The position numbers were made by a program, and so were the translations under genes. From Octopus bimaculoides (Eukaryota), in NCBI RefSeq assembly GCF_001194135.2, contig NC_068981.1, forward strand, positions 23,395,023 through 23,459,022: a stretch of 64,000 bases of DNA. The letters run 5' to 3'. This document shows, one piece after another, positions 47,655-60,171 of this stretch. Numbering within the stretch: position 1 is the first letter of the stretch; each line of letters starts with the position of its first letter. The notes beneath the pieces were generated by a model that was not told the origin of the DNA, ran no database searches, and saw only the letters and a list, made by a program, of their open reading frames with translations.

Positions 47655-48340
47655 TATAATTGTTCGACATTTGGTAGTTTGAAGTAAATTTCTACTGCAT
47701 TACCTACTACACCTCCATGTTGCTGGGTGTGCGGCATTGTGTGTCCTATTCTTTTGTCGGGACTGCACAATCTCTTCCCCGTATTTTATTGTGTTAATTT
47801 TATTTTATGTTGTGGTAGCGTGCAGTCTTGTGTTGTGTTATTACTTGTATTGTATGTTGAGTGTGTAATACATTGGTTACTGGATTGCTGGTGGAAGTTT
47901 ATTTCACTGGGTAATTGCTGTATAAAGGGTTGTTTTGTTTAGATTGTATTATTTAATTGATAGTGTCTTGCGTAGGAAGTAAGCTGTTCCTAGCAGGGAT
48001 ATTTTTTGGATAGTGTGGAGTGTGGAGGCTCCAGGTATAGCTTCTACGTTTTTGTTTATATGTTATTCTTTTTACCCAATGCTCCAATTATTATTGGTAC
48101 TGTTTTTACCTTCGTACTCCTCAATTACGAGGTCTTTGTACATTGACAATTTCTCCACTTCTTTTTGGACAATATTTTGATCAGAAGGGACTGCAATGTC
48201 TATCAGTGAGTGTCTGTCTTTTTTGCCAATCGTTGATTATTATGTCTCGGCGATCACCTTCCATTATTTTTGTCGGTTTGAACCGGTATATCTCATATGA
48301 TTGTGCAGCATTGTATGTTACTTTCTGCTTTGGGGAGTGT
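47655..48340 (-). mobile_element. R4/Dong-type LINE 3' end (RLE + 3'UTR)
   Basis: IDIAVPSDQNIVQKEVEKLSMYKDL, TVPIIIGALG, IQKISLLGTAYFLRKTLSIK*. Confidence 0.85.
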
Positions 48341-48361
48341 GCCGTTATTATTATAATTATT

Positions 48362-48900
48362 GAGTGAGAGAGCATTGCATGCCATCAAAGTGACACTAGG
48401 GTTAAAATATACGAAGCCCAGTATACCCATCATGGCTACCCGACACCAGGTACATGCATCACAACCATATGTGCTCGGCATAGTTATCTCATATCAAGTT
48501 TAACAGCGCATAATCTTACAGGTGGGGCCCAGTTCGAATTTTCTTCAAGTCGAGTAGCCCATCTCACTCACAAGGTTCCTGAATAAGGGTTGTTTAAGAA
48601 TGTTGAACGAAACACCCATGTTTCCAAAGGTGAATTATCCAAACCCCAAAGAATTCCTCTCAACACATGGCTATAATACTCCCCCACTACTTTCACTCGT
48701 GATCAGAGATGCACATATCGTCAGCTACAAAAGGGCATGCTTACCTGGTTAAGGTCAAACAACTGACAAGCAAATCTCTGGTATTGAGCAGAATATTTGC
48801 TGTAGCCCATTTTTTTTATATCAAGACAAATCAATGTATATAATAACACTTCCAATCAGTTAAGATGAGAAGCCATAAAAGCCACTGCCTGCTACTGCAC
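48362..48900 (-). mobile_element. ~530-bp non-coding repeat, copy 3, flanked by (TAA)n
   Basis: Reverse complement of the 32070-32570/35950-36137 family; (TAA)n/(TTA)n at 48345-48360 and 48905-48982. Confidence 0.85.
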
Positions 48901-48906
48901 TGTCAT

Positions 48907-48960
<54 letters not shown>

Positions 48961-50268
48961 TATTATTATTATTATTATTATTTCATGTATGTATGAGTTT
49001 CTTCGGACGAAACTTTAGTCTTCGCTTCTAATTGTCTTTAATTTCTGCAATGCACGCGTAAAAGAGGCTCTACACACTTATGGCACAATAGTGTATTGTA
49101 TAAGTGTGTGGGTATTATATGCCAAAACAAAGAAAACTGCACACACGCGCGCTGTCATACACATCTTTCTTTCTTTCTTTCTTTTTAGTGAAAAATATGT
49201 GTGTGTGTGCGTGTGTGTGTAAACAGATTTTATTACTTTGTTTTTAGTAGCGTCGAATGTGTATCGCATTTTACAGTTCGAAATATTACTTTCTTGTCTG
49301 TATAATGCGATATATATATATATATATATATANNNNNNNNNNNNNNNNNNNNNNNNNNNNNNNNNNNNNNNNNNNNNNNNNNNNNNNNNNNNNNNNNNNN
49401 NNNNNNNNNNNNNNNNNNNNNNNNNNNNNNNNNNNNNNNNNNNNNNNNNNNNNNNNNNNNNNNNNNNNNNNNNNNNNNNNNNNNNNNNNNNNNNNNNNNN
49501 NNNNNNNNNNNNNNNNNNNNNNNNNNNNNNNNNNNNNNNNNNNNNNNNNNNNNNNNNNNNNNNNNNNNNNNNNNNNNNNNNNNNNNNNNNNNNNNNNNNN
49601 NNNNNNNNNNNNNNNNNNNNNNNNNNNNNNNNNNNNNNNNNNNNNNNNNNNNNNNNNNNNNNNNNNNNNNNNNNNNNNNNNNNNNNNNNNNNNNNNNNNN
49701 NNNNNNNNNNNNNNNNNNNNNNNNNNNNNNNNNNNNNNNNNNNNNNNNNNNNNNNNNNNNNNNNNNNNNNNNNNNNNNNNNNNNNNNNNNNNNNNNNNNN
49801 NNNNNNNNNNNNNNNNNNNNNNNNNNNNNNNNNNNNNNNNNNNNNNNNNNNNNNNNNNNNNNNNNNNNNNNNNNNNNNNNNNNNNNNNNNNNNNNNNNNN
49901 NNNNNNNNNNNNNNNNNNNNNNNNNNNNNNNNNNNNNNNNNNNNNNNNNNNNNNNNNNNNNNNNNNNNNNNNNNNNNNNNNNNNNNNNNNNNNNNNNNNN
50001 NNNNNNNNNNNNNNNNNNNNNNNNNNNNNNNNNNNNNNNNNNNNNNNNNNNNNNNNNNNNNNNNNNNNNNNNNNNNNNNNNNNNNNNNNNNNNNNNNNNN
50101 NNNNNNNNNNNNNNNNNNNNNNNNNNNNNNNNNNNNNNNNNNNNNNNGGGTAGGAGTGAAGAGAAGAGAAGAGAAAAGAGAGGAGTAAAGAGGAGTAGGA
50201 GTCGGAGCAAGAGAGGAGAGGTGGGTGGGAGGAATTAGGTGAGAGAGGAGAGAGGCAAGGGGAGGAGG

Positions 50269-51395
50269 TTAGATGAAGAGGGGAGGAGAGTTGAGCTTAT
50301 GTGGCTCAAAGGAGCGAAGACAGAAGATTAATCCCTGTTCACGGCGCAAACGGGAGTCTGGCTGGCCCCTGTGCAAGAACAATCCGAACACGTACAGGTG
50401 TTGCAAAGAATGACCGGTAGAACGGAAATGGCGTGAGACCGGAGTGTCATTGCCGAGTCGGATGTCTCGGTGTTCCACGAAGCGGTCAGCCAAGTGGAGT
50501 CCCGTTCGACCGATGTAAAGAGGACAGATAGAGCAGATGCTGTAGATGATATTGGTAGAAGTGCAGGTGAAGGAGTCAGTGATGTGATAGGGTCGATGAT
50601 GGGTCCCTGTGAGGAGGGTGGTATTGGAGAGGCAAGGGAAAGTGCAGCAGCGTGGGCGGGAGCAAGGGAACGAGCCGGGTTGGGAGGTTGGGTTGGGGAA
50701 GAAGTTGTGGACCAAGGGGTCTCGTAGGCTGTGGGCTCATTTGAAGGAGGGGAGGGGTCGGTTAGGGAAGATGTGTGAAGTGGAGGGGTCGGACTGGAGT
50801 CGCCGGAAAGCTCGGAGAATGGTGCATTGGAGAGGTAGGGTGGTGGCGTGGTAGATGTGGGGAAAAGGGCTTTGGGAGACGGCGGGCGGGTTCAGGGGGA
50901 GAGATGCACGTTCCACAGAACGTGCTCTGGTAAGGGCGGTTTGGATAGTGGTGAGGGGATATCCACGTAAGATGAAGTGGCGAGCAATGAGTCTCAAAGT
51001 CATGGTTGTCACTACAGAATCTGCGTAGACGGAAGAATTGGGAATAGGGGATGGATAGCTTGATGTGTTTAGGGTGAGAGGAAGAGAAGTTGAGGTATGT
51101 GTGTGATTCTGTGTGTTTGTAGTGGATAGAGGTGGTGAGAGTGGAGGGAGGAATGCTGACCGAAATGTCCAGAAAGGAGACAGAGGTTTCAGAGATTGTG
51201 CAAGAGAAGTGAAGGGCAGGATGGAAAGATTTGACAAAAGAGAGGAATTAGTCTAGATGTTCTCGGGAGAGTGAGGTCGCGCCGATACAGTCGTCAATAT
51301 AACGGCTGTATAGTTCGGGAGTGGGACTAGTGAAACTTGAGAATATTTGGGCCTCAACGTAGCCAACGAACAGGTTCGCATAGTTGACTCTACAT
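50269..51395 (-). mobile_element. Penelope-like element (RT + Zn knuckle + GIY-YIG; Neptune-like), 5'-truncated
   Basis: NYANLFVGYVE, YSRYIDDCIG, SFLDI, FILRGYP, FPCSRPRCC, FTCTSTNIIY..C..CPLYIGRTG..L.DRFVEH. Confidence 0.92.
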
Positions 51396-51414
51396 CGGAA
51401 ACAGCCTATTCAGG

Positions 51415-52840
51415 AAGAAGGAGAAGAAGAGATGGACCTGGGTGTCGCCGAACTCTGAGCATCGAAACAAGATCGACTACATCCTGGTCGATAAGCGACG
51501 CATATTACTTGACGCCTCTGTCGTGACGCCATTCATTACCGGCAGCGATCATCGTCTGGTGAGGGCGAGGGTCGTCATTGACGGGACGAGGGAGAAGGCG
51601 CTGCATTTGGCGTCGGATAGAAAACGCGTCCGAGTCTTCTACGAGACGAAGCTGCAAGAAGCCCTCATGCAGGAAACCTGGTGCAAAGGAGACGACATAA
51701 ATGATGACTACAACTCACTGATAGGGAAACTGAAGGAGTGTTTAAGGAAGGCTAATGGAGTGTGTCTGAGAGAGAAGAAGGGAAGAGTCTCGGAGGAAAC
51801 TACGAAGTTACTCGAGAAGAGGAAAAATATGAGGAGGACTATTGAAGATCACCTTGAATATTCCCTTCTCAGCAGAGTGATTCATCAGCAACTGAAGAGG
51901 GACTTTGAGGCATACCGAATGGAGAAGCTCCTGAAGGCCGCAGAGGAAAAGAAGAGCCTCAAGAGGGACATGGCACTGTATAGATCGGAGGTGACGACCA
52001 TGAATAATACAGATGGAGTTCCGGTAAACGATAAGAGCGAGATGGAAGAAAATGTGCCACCTATCCTTGTCAGTGAAGCCGAAAGAACCATCGGGTCGAT
52101 GAAAAACGGAAAGGCGCCAGGGAAAGACGGCATAACATAGGAGGTGTTAAAGTCAGGCAGAGAGCAGCTCTGGAAAATCCTCGCCGAGCGATTCATGCTC
52201 TGTCTAAACGAGGAAAGAATTCCATCGCAGTGGAAAGAGTCAAATACCATCCTGCAACATAAGAAGGGTGATACAGAAGATCTAAAGAACTACCGACCCA
52301 TTTGCCTGCTGCTTCATGTGTATAAGCTGTTCACAAAGATAATTCTGAACAGTTTGTCATGTTATCTCGACGAACAACAACCGAGGGAGCAAGCCGGCTT
52401 CCGGAAGAACTACAGTACAATGGACCATATATTTACTCTAACACAACTGCTTGAGCAAGCGAATGAGTACAAGCTGCCTCATTGCGTTGCGTTTGTAGAC
52501 TATGAGAAGGCCTTCGACAGCGTCGAAACCAACGCAGTACTGAACTCGCTACAGAGGCAAGGAGTCGAGGCGCAAAATGTGCAACTGCTCAGGGAGGCAA
52601 ATCCCAGCTGCACCACCGACATAGCTCTGCTGTCATCACCCGTACGAGTGCCGGTCGAGAAGGGAGTGAAGCAAGGAGATACGATCTCTCCAAAACTTTT
52701 CACCGCATGCTCGAGCGGATCATCAGAGGCATCGACTGGCAAGGCGGTGTCAACGTCAATGGCGAGCTACTCACCCACCTCCGTTTCACTGATGACATTA
52801 TTTCATCACTGAAACCACGGATCAGCTTCAGACCATGCAA
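51415..52840 (+). mobile_element. RTE-clade LINE fragment (APE C-terminus + RT), with stops and frameshifts
   Basis: WTWVSPN..IDYIL..GSDHRLV, KAPGKDGI, NYRPICLL..YKLF, EQAGFRK, FVDYEKAFDSV, GVKQGDTISPKLF, HLRFTDD. Confidence 0.95.
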
Positions 52841-53741
52841 CCAAATTCTTTAAATGTCAAACAATTGTGGTGTTTATTCAATAAAGACTGGAAACTTCCA
52901 TTACCTTTGATTATTTATCAACTTTAATCAAAATTTCAGTATCACTTTGTAGATTAATTCGATTATATCACTTTTGGTTTGTGAAATTTCCCTTTATNNN
53001 NNNNNNNNNNNNNNNNNNNNNNNNNNNNNNNNNNNNNNNNNNNNNNNNNNNNNNNNNNNNNNNNNNNNNNNNNNNNNNNNNNNNNNNNNNNNNNNNNNNN
53101 NNNNNNNNNNNNNNNNNNNNNNNNNNNNNNNNNNNNNNNNNNNNNNNNNNNNNNNNNNNNNNNNNNNNNNNNNNNNNNNNNNNNNNNNNNNNNNNNNNNN
53201 NNNNNNNNNNNNNNNNNNNNNNNNNNNNNNNNNNNNNNNNNNNNNNNNNNNNNNNNNNNNNNNNNNNNNNNNNNNNNNNNNNNNNNNNNNNNNNNNNNNN
53301 NNNNNNNNNNNNNNNNNNNNNNNNNNNNNNNNNNNNNNNNNNNNNNNNNNNNNNNNNNNNNNNNNNNNNNNNNNNNNNNNNNNNNNNNNNNNNNNNNNNN
53401 NNNNNNNNNNNNNNNNNNNNNNNNNNNNNNNNNNNNNNNNNNNNNNNNNNNNNNNNNNNNNNNNNNNNNNNNNNNNNNNNNNNNNNNNNNNNNNNNNNNN
53501 NNNNNNNNNNNNNNNNNNNNNNNNNNNNNNNNNNNNNNNNNNNNNNNNNNNNNNNNNNNNNNNNNNNNNNNNNNNNNNNNNNNNNNNNNNNNNNNNNNNN
53601 NNNNNNNNNNNNNNNNNNNNNNNNNNNNNNNNNNNNNNNNNNNNNNNNNNNNNNNNNNNNNNNNNNNNNNNNNNNNNNNNNNNNNNNNNNNNNNNNNNNN
53701 NNNNNNNNNNNNNNNNNNNNNNNNNNNNNNNNNNNNNNNNN

Positions 53742-54271
53742 TAAATGCGGCTAACCCCTAAGGGCGAATGCTACTGTAGCTTGTAGCCCCAGGAGAACAT
53801 CTCATCCAGCTGGCTATTGAACACTTTCTGTGCCCTGTCGGTATTTGCAAAGGGAAGTCATCCTTCCCATCGTCGATCTGACGTGATACGCACGGACCCG
53901 GGTTTCTGGGTATTACCCTTCGTCAGCGAACGACAATCACCGATCTTCGATTCGAAGGGCTCCCAATGTAAATACATATATCTTTTTTGCAGTGACGAAA
54001 ATTCACTGATCTCAAAAAAGTGTAAACAAGCAATGTTAAATCTCTGAACGAGGTATAAACAGTAGCAGCACGACAACGTGAAGTATATTTGCCACTTAAA
54101 TGCGGCTAACCCCTAAGGGCGAATGCTACTGTAGCTGGAAGAGATGTTCTCCTGGCGCTACAAGCAACAGTAGCATTCGCCCTTAGGGGTTAGCCGCATT
54201 TAAGTGGCAAATATACTTCACTTTGTCGTGCTGCTACTGTTTATACCTCGTTCAGAGACTTACTATTGCTT
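53742..54271. mobile_element. MITE with ~70-bp TIRs plus an internal ~105-bp inverted duplication
   Basis: 53742-53811 is inverted to 54133-54202; 54028-54132 is inverted to 54167-54271. Confidence 0.75.
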
Positions 54272-54514
54272 ATATATATATATGTTTAAATTTATATACA
54301 CGTTATCGAAAACCGGCTGTCCCAGAAATTCTTATACTAATAAAACGAGCGTGCTGTAACCATATCTTCATCATAAACGAAAAGTTGCTCTGTGACGAAG
54401 CTGAACAGCAACATGCACATTCAGGTTCAAATTTGCCGGAACGTATTAAGAATAAATATCCAAGTTATAGTTTTACTTTTTGCAGTTCACCGTACACGCA
54501 ATTCTTTGTCATAT

Positions 54515-54590
54515 ATGTATCTATGTATGTATGTATGTATGTATGTATGTATGTATGTATGTATGTATGTATGTATGTATGTATGTACAT
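54515..54590. repeat. (TATG)n microsatellite
   Basis: Read directly. Confidence 0.95.
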
Positions 54591-54769
54591 ATGTACGTAC
54601 GCACGTTATTATTCAGTTTTATTTCAAGATTTCTTGCCAGGAGAGAAAGAGCCGGTTTCTAACCTAGATCTAAGGCTCCTTCATTAAAATTTCAACCTCA
54701 ACAGAGTATTTTTGTTTGTACGTATGTATGTATGTATGTATATATGTATGTATGTATGTATATGTGCAG

Positions 54770-55795
54770 ATATTTATGTTTTGTGTTATGTATGCATTCT
54801 CAGGCATATAGTTGCATGTCTAGGCATGCTCATATATACTTAACGAAAAAGCTGTTGGAAGGCTTTACAGATTTTCACAATTCCAGTGATGGCTTGGATC
54901 TTTAGTCTTCAAATCAGCTTTCTCCTTTCTGGTTCTGAGAAGCCTAATTTCTCAAGATTGGCATTTAGGCAGTGTGTTACATATTCCAGGGCCCCAAATA
55001 ATTACAAGTATAAATTTGAACTTGTAACCTGGGTAGAGTTACCATAGATTTCTCAATAATTTAGCTAAGGTATTTTCTTTTACGCTGGTGTTTAGCTTTA
55101 TGTTCATATCCGCGGGGCAACTGATTTCTTCAGCCGTACAGAATTTCTCTTCTCTATCCCAAATCACTATGTCAGGTCTACTATGTTTACATTTTATTGA
55201 GGTTTTCACTGGGACATTCCGCCAGTACTTTTTGTTATTATGAATGACTATGGCTTCTACCATACTGTGGGTTCTTATTTCTTTGTCCTCGGTATTGTCC
55301 TTCCGACGGATTTTATTATACAATATCCAAGCTATAATATAATATTTCGTCGGTAGATAATACCGTGATAACATGTTCGGGCAACTGCTTATGCTGCGGG
55401 TGATATCTTCAGTGTTAACTCTACAAAGTTTGCATCGGTTATCACATTTTGCTGTTTTTCCTGCGTCTCTCACCCTTTTGTGCATCAGGTACTTGGTTGA
55501 TATTTCCTGTCCCTGGACTGAAAACGCATACCCTTCAAAGTGGGAGGTAGTAATCCGGTTGTTGGTCCATGATAGATTGCTTTGATGATCGATGTTACTA
55601 TGATTCCGGTGTTATTTATTAACATATCCATGCATGGTCTGCTGTTATACGCTCATCTTTTCATCTGATGATATGTGGCAGTAGAATCGTTCGACTTATC
55701 TGGGCATGTACTTAGTGTTATCAGACAAGGAATGATGCTCAAGGAACTTCTTACCAATTGTTATGTTGTTACCAACCTCATGTAGGTAAATTGTA
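54770..55795 (-). mobile_element. RLE LINE (R4-like, distinct subfamily): CCHC + RLE + 3'UTR, bounded by (CATA)n
   Basis: CKLCRVNTEDITRSISSC, KCKHSRPDIVIWDREEKFC..EISCP; (TATG)n at 54722-54762 and 55794-55842. Confidence 0.88.
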
Positions 55796-55968
55796 TGTAT
55801 GTATGTATGTATGTATGTATGTATGTATGTATGTATGTATGTACTTACGTATAAGAGACTAAAGTGTACGTACGCCTCTATATGTATGTAAAAAATAATA
55901 CAAAAAGTGGGGCAAGAATGCAACAGTTGACAAGACAATTGTGTAATGATTAACGGTTTAATACGATG

Positions 55969-55995
<27 letters not shown>

Positions 55996-56003
<8 letters not shown>

Positions 56004-56267
56004 AAATAATAATCAGGTACTCAGATGTCTCGATGGTTGTATATTTACAGATTTTTATTCATATGTCAAATGTTTCATAAATTAGCGCTTTCTCTTAGTC
56101 TTGTAGTTTTATCAAATTTGATAAACCTACAAGACTAATTTCTCTCAAAATTTGATATCTACAAGACTAGGTGAAAGCGCTAATTTGTAAAACATGTGAC
56201 ATATGAATAAAAAGCTGTAAATATACAACCATCCAGACATCTGAGCACCTGATTATTATTTTTTCTA
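55996..56267. mobile_element. Foldback MITE (~115-bp imperfect TIRs, internal subterminal repeats) in (TA)n
   Basis: tagaaaaaaataataatcaggt..aattagcgctttc..tagtcttgtag is inverted at 56157-56267 with several mismatches; tagtcttgtag motif occurs three times. Confidence 0.8.
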
Positions 56268-56514
56268 NNNNNNNNNNNNNNNNNNNNNNNNNNNNNNNNN
56301 NNNNNNNNNNNNNNNNNNNNNNNNNNNNNNNNNNNNNNNNNNNNNNNNNNNNNNNNNNNNNNNNNNNNNNNNNNNNNNNNNNNNNNNNNNNNNNNNNNNN
56401 NNNNNNNNNNNNNNNNNNNNNNNNNNNNNNNNNNNNNNNNNNNNNNNNNNNNNNNNNNNNNNNNNNNNNNNNNNNNNNNNNNNNNNNNNNNNNNNNNNNN
56501 NNNNNNNNNNNNNN

Positions 56515-57660
56515 TATATATAACTATTGTAAGATACGTTTTTATCCACCCTAGATACGTGTAACATTCCTCGACAGATATAGGGGAAAACAACCAAATC
56601 ATTGAATGAAATGTTGTTATTCTGGTTTATGGTTTTCCCCCTTTTCAGATCTATATAACAACATTTATCCTGACCAAACTCCAACCCTACATCTTTTGAG
56701 AATATTGTAACTAGGTCAAGGCTCTTTTTCATCTCGTGCATATTCTTTCCATACAGTTTCAAGTCATCCACAAAGAAACAGTGTAATTTTGGTATTTCTG
56801 TTTCCTTGTGAACCAGTGAAATATCCTTCAGACTGCTTTAACATGGATTACAAGTGGTTTACAGACAGTACAAAGAACATCACAAAGATACTATCCCCTT
56901 CGAATATGCCTTTGCGATACTGTATTCTATCAGTGATAATACAGTCACTCTTTGTGTTCAATTTCAAGATGGTGGTCTACGATGAAGTCAGGTCAGCTAT
57001 GGCTTTAATTATGGGGAACAGAGTCAAAGGCTTTCTTGAGTCTAGCCACATTGAAACTAAGTTCTCCTATGCTCTCACTCCCATACCTCTGACATCTCAG
57101 TCTTGTTGATTAAAAATTGCACAGCACATCTCCAGATCCCCTTCTTTCCAGCTGCTTGTTCTGCTGTGAAATTGTTATTGGTTTCACAATGGTCCTGGAG
57201 GTAGAGGTTTGAACACGCTGTATATATCTTTTACATTAATTCCTGGCATGCAATTAGTCGGTAGATTTTGCAATGCGGGGATCAATTTTGTCTCTGCCAA
57301 ACCAAAGCTAACCAGTGTGGTATGCTACTGTTTCCAATGATAACTTGATGGTACAGATTGATGAGATATGGTCGGTAGAAGGTTAGCTGCTTGTACCAAT
57401 ATCCAACAATCAAGTCTCTTCCAGGTACTTTTCTATCCTGGAGTTTCTGGATCACAGTTGCTAGAGTTTCACCATCAATATTGTATGCCTTGGATGTAAC
57501 GCAGGAGCAATAACGTCTTCAGATTTTTCCAGCCACAGAGCATCCTGGTTAAACATCCCTTCACTCCAGATTTTCCTCAAGAAGGAGTCTGTGTCTTCTC
57601 GTGAAGGAGCTTCCGTGATATTCACTGCTCCTCTTGTCATGTCTCTGTATACTGCTGCCT
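56515..57660 (-). mobile_element. RLE LINE RT fragment (probably the same element as 54770-55795)
   Basis: KGIFEGDS, MDDLKLYGK..VGLEFGQDKC, YTYLG. Confidence 0.85.
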
Positions 57661-58288
57661 GAAAACATACGCGCGCGCACACACACACACACACACAAAC
57701 ACACGCACACACATCCTCATTCATTCTTATACATACATATGTATGTATATATANNNNNNNNNNNNNNNNNNNNNNNNNNNNNNNNNNNNNNNNNNNNNNN
57801 NNNNNNNNNNNNNNNNNNNNNNNNNNNNNNNNNNNNNNNNNNNNNNNNNNNNNNNNNNNNNNNNNNNNNNNNNNNNNNNNNNNNNNNNNNNNNNNNNNNN
57901 NNNNNNNNNNNNNNNNNNNNNNNNNNNNNNNNNNNNNNNNNNNNNNNNNNNNNNNNNNNNNNNNNNNNNNNNNNNNNNNNNNNNNNNNNNNNNNNNNNNN
58001 NNNNNNNNNNNNNNNNNNNNNNNNNNNNNNNNNNNNNNNNNNNNNNNNNNNNNNNNNNNNNNNNNNNNNNNNNNNNNNNNNNNNNNNNNNNNNNNNNNNN
58101 NNNNNNNNNNNNNNNNNNNNNNNNNNNNNNNNNNNNNNNNNNNNNNNNNNNNNNNNNNNNNNNNNNNNNNNNNNNNNNNNNNNNNNNNNNNNNNNNNNNN
58201 NNNNNNNNNNNNNNNNNNNNNNNNNNNNNNNNNNNNNNNNNNNNNNNNNNNNNNNNNNNNNNNNNNNNNNNNNNNNNNNNNNNNNNNN

Positions 58289-58338
<50 letters not shown>

Positions 58339-58829
58339 AGACAGACAGACAGACAGACTACTTAAAGACTAATGAAAATATTTACAAAACATTTCACTTA
58401 ATTAGTTTCTCCAATTTAATTGTTTTTTATATTTTACACTTAGCTGAAAATGTCTAAAATACGGAAACCGGTACTAAATTGCATTTCATGATAAAACTGT
58501 TAGCATTTTCTACCTTTCTTATTTTCCTTGTACATATCAACTCATGTGTTACTTTTCTACCTTTTACACAAACACACACACACACACAAACATTTATACA
58601 CATATATGTATACATATATACATGCATAAAAAATTATGAGTTAGATGTTATGCAACCGTCTAAGGGATAAATATATCCGTAGGCACTACTGGTGTATTAC
58701 CTCACTATGTATAGGCCTTGCAATAAGGTTATTAGTAGTTGGTAATTTAAATGGTAAACCGTGGTTTAATATATTCAGATAAGACAAGAAATGGAGCAAC
58801 AATTAACAATTATAAGTTGATCATTGGTA

Positions 58830-58940
58830 TTAAAAGGTCATAGTTTAATTGTAGTTCAAGAACATTTACAGGTGTTTCAAAATAACAAACTGAAACAGCT
58901 GTAAATGTTCTTGAACTACAATTAAACTATGACCTTTTAA
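58830..58940. repeat. Perfect 42-bp inverted repeat (extendable to ~50 bp) ending at a contig edge
   Basis: 58830-58871 is the exact reverse complement of 58899-58940; a 10-N gap follows. Confidence 0.95.
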
Positions 58941-59499
58941 NNNNNNNNNNATATATGTATACGCATATATATGTGTGCATATATGTATACATATATATGT
59001 ATATATATATAGGTACGTTCGCCGCTAATTTTATATATAAAAAATACAAAAAAAGGGACAACAAAGAATCAAGACAGACGATACAAAGAAAACATGGACG
59101 AGTCATTCGGAGTTTTCTATCCTCAGTCGAGTTCCAGATTATTTTTGCAATTTCGGCTGGTTATACTCGAGATTGTTCCAATCTGGCCAGCCCCAAGGAA
59201 AAGACTAAGCTAAGAGCATTAGATTACTTCGAAGAAAGCAGCGAATGTATACGAAAACAAGGACGGAAAAAACGGAGAAATGTTACGCAAATACCAATGC
59301 AATTAACAGAACATAACAACTGGTGTCTTTCGACTAAAGACGAATTAAATTAAGCTGGCGTGTGTAGAAGTAAAGCCTTGCGGCAGGGACATGAGTTTTG
59401 ACAGGCACAGGGAGGAATACAGATGTTGCACGGATAGGAGTCGAACCAAGAAAGGTCAGATTTACACATATATATATGGGTATAGGACGTCACAAATCG

Positions 59500-59705
59500 T
59501 AAACAACATGAAATACATGAGCATTCGTTGAACATCCAAAAGAAGTCCATACTGCTTGAATTAGTGCGTATGGAACAGAGCGATATGCATTGACACGTCT
59601 AGCCATACAATGTACAGGTTTTTCTTCAGTTGTTTTGCACAGTCGATTGCGTCTTAGATGGCAAATGCATGTTCTATACATCTAGAGATTCCAGGCATCC
59701 CTGCC
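59500..59705 (-). mobile_element. HERO/NeSL-like LINE RT fragment
   Basis: Frame-shifted GISRCIEHAFAI..AKQLKKNLYIVWLD..NAYRSVPYALIQA..MDFFW. Confidence 0.65.
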
Positions 59706-59781
59706 TTTTGGATTGCTTCATTATCCGTTATATATATATATATATATATATATCTATTCACTCACACGCATACATATATAT

Positions 59782-59813
<32 letters not shown>

Positions 59814-60047
59814 NNNNNNNNNNNNNNNNNNNNNNNNNNNNNNNNNNNNNNNNNNNNNNNNNNNNNNNNNNNNNNNNNNNNNNNNNNNNNNNNNNNNNNN
59901 NNNNNNNNNNNNNNNNNNNNNNNNNNNNNNNNNNNNNNNNNNNNNNNNNNNNNNNNNNNNNNNNNNNAAAAAATATTATGTATTTATGTATATACTATGC
60001 ATTATATAGTATATATATATAAAAATTTTAAACTACAGTTATGTTTG

Positions 60048-60080
<33 letters not shown>

Positions 60081-60171
60081 GTACGTATGTATGTATGTAT
60101 GTATGTATGTATATATGTATGTATAAATATTTCGTTTAGGCATAGCGAGACTGATAATCTGGTGTATTCAA

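Noticed and set aside
48992-49020. Hammerhead-like ATGAG..cttcgg..ACGAAAC..GTC
   Set aside because: CUGA core absent and stems I/II do not pair properly.
58891-58903. GAAACAGCTGTA, resembling hammerhead stem III
   Set aside because: No CUGANGA partner on either strand in the assembled sequence.
59085-59135. Hammerhead-like CTGAGGA..CCGAA..GTC on minus within an unclassified repeat (59020-59470)
   Set aside because: GAAA motif and stem III not conserved; too degenerate to call.
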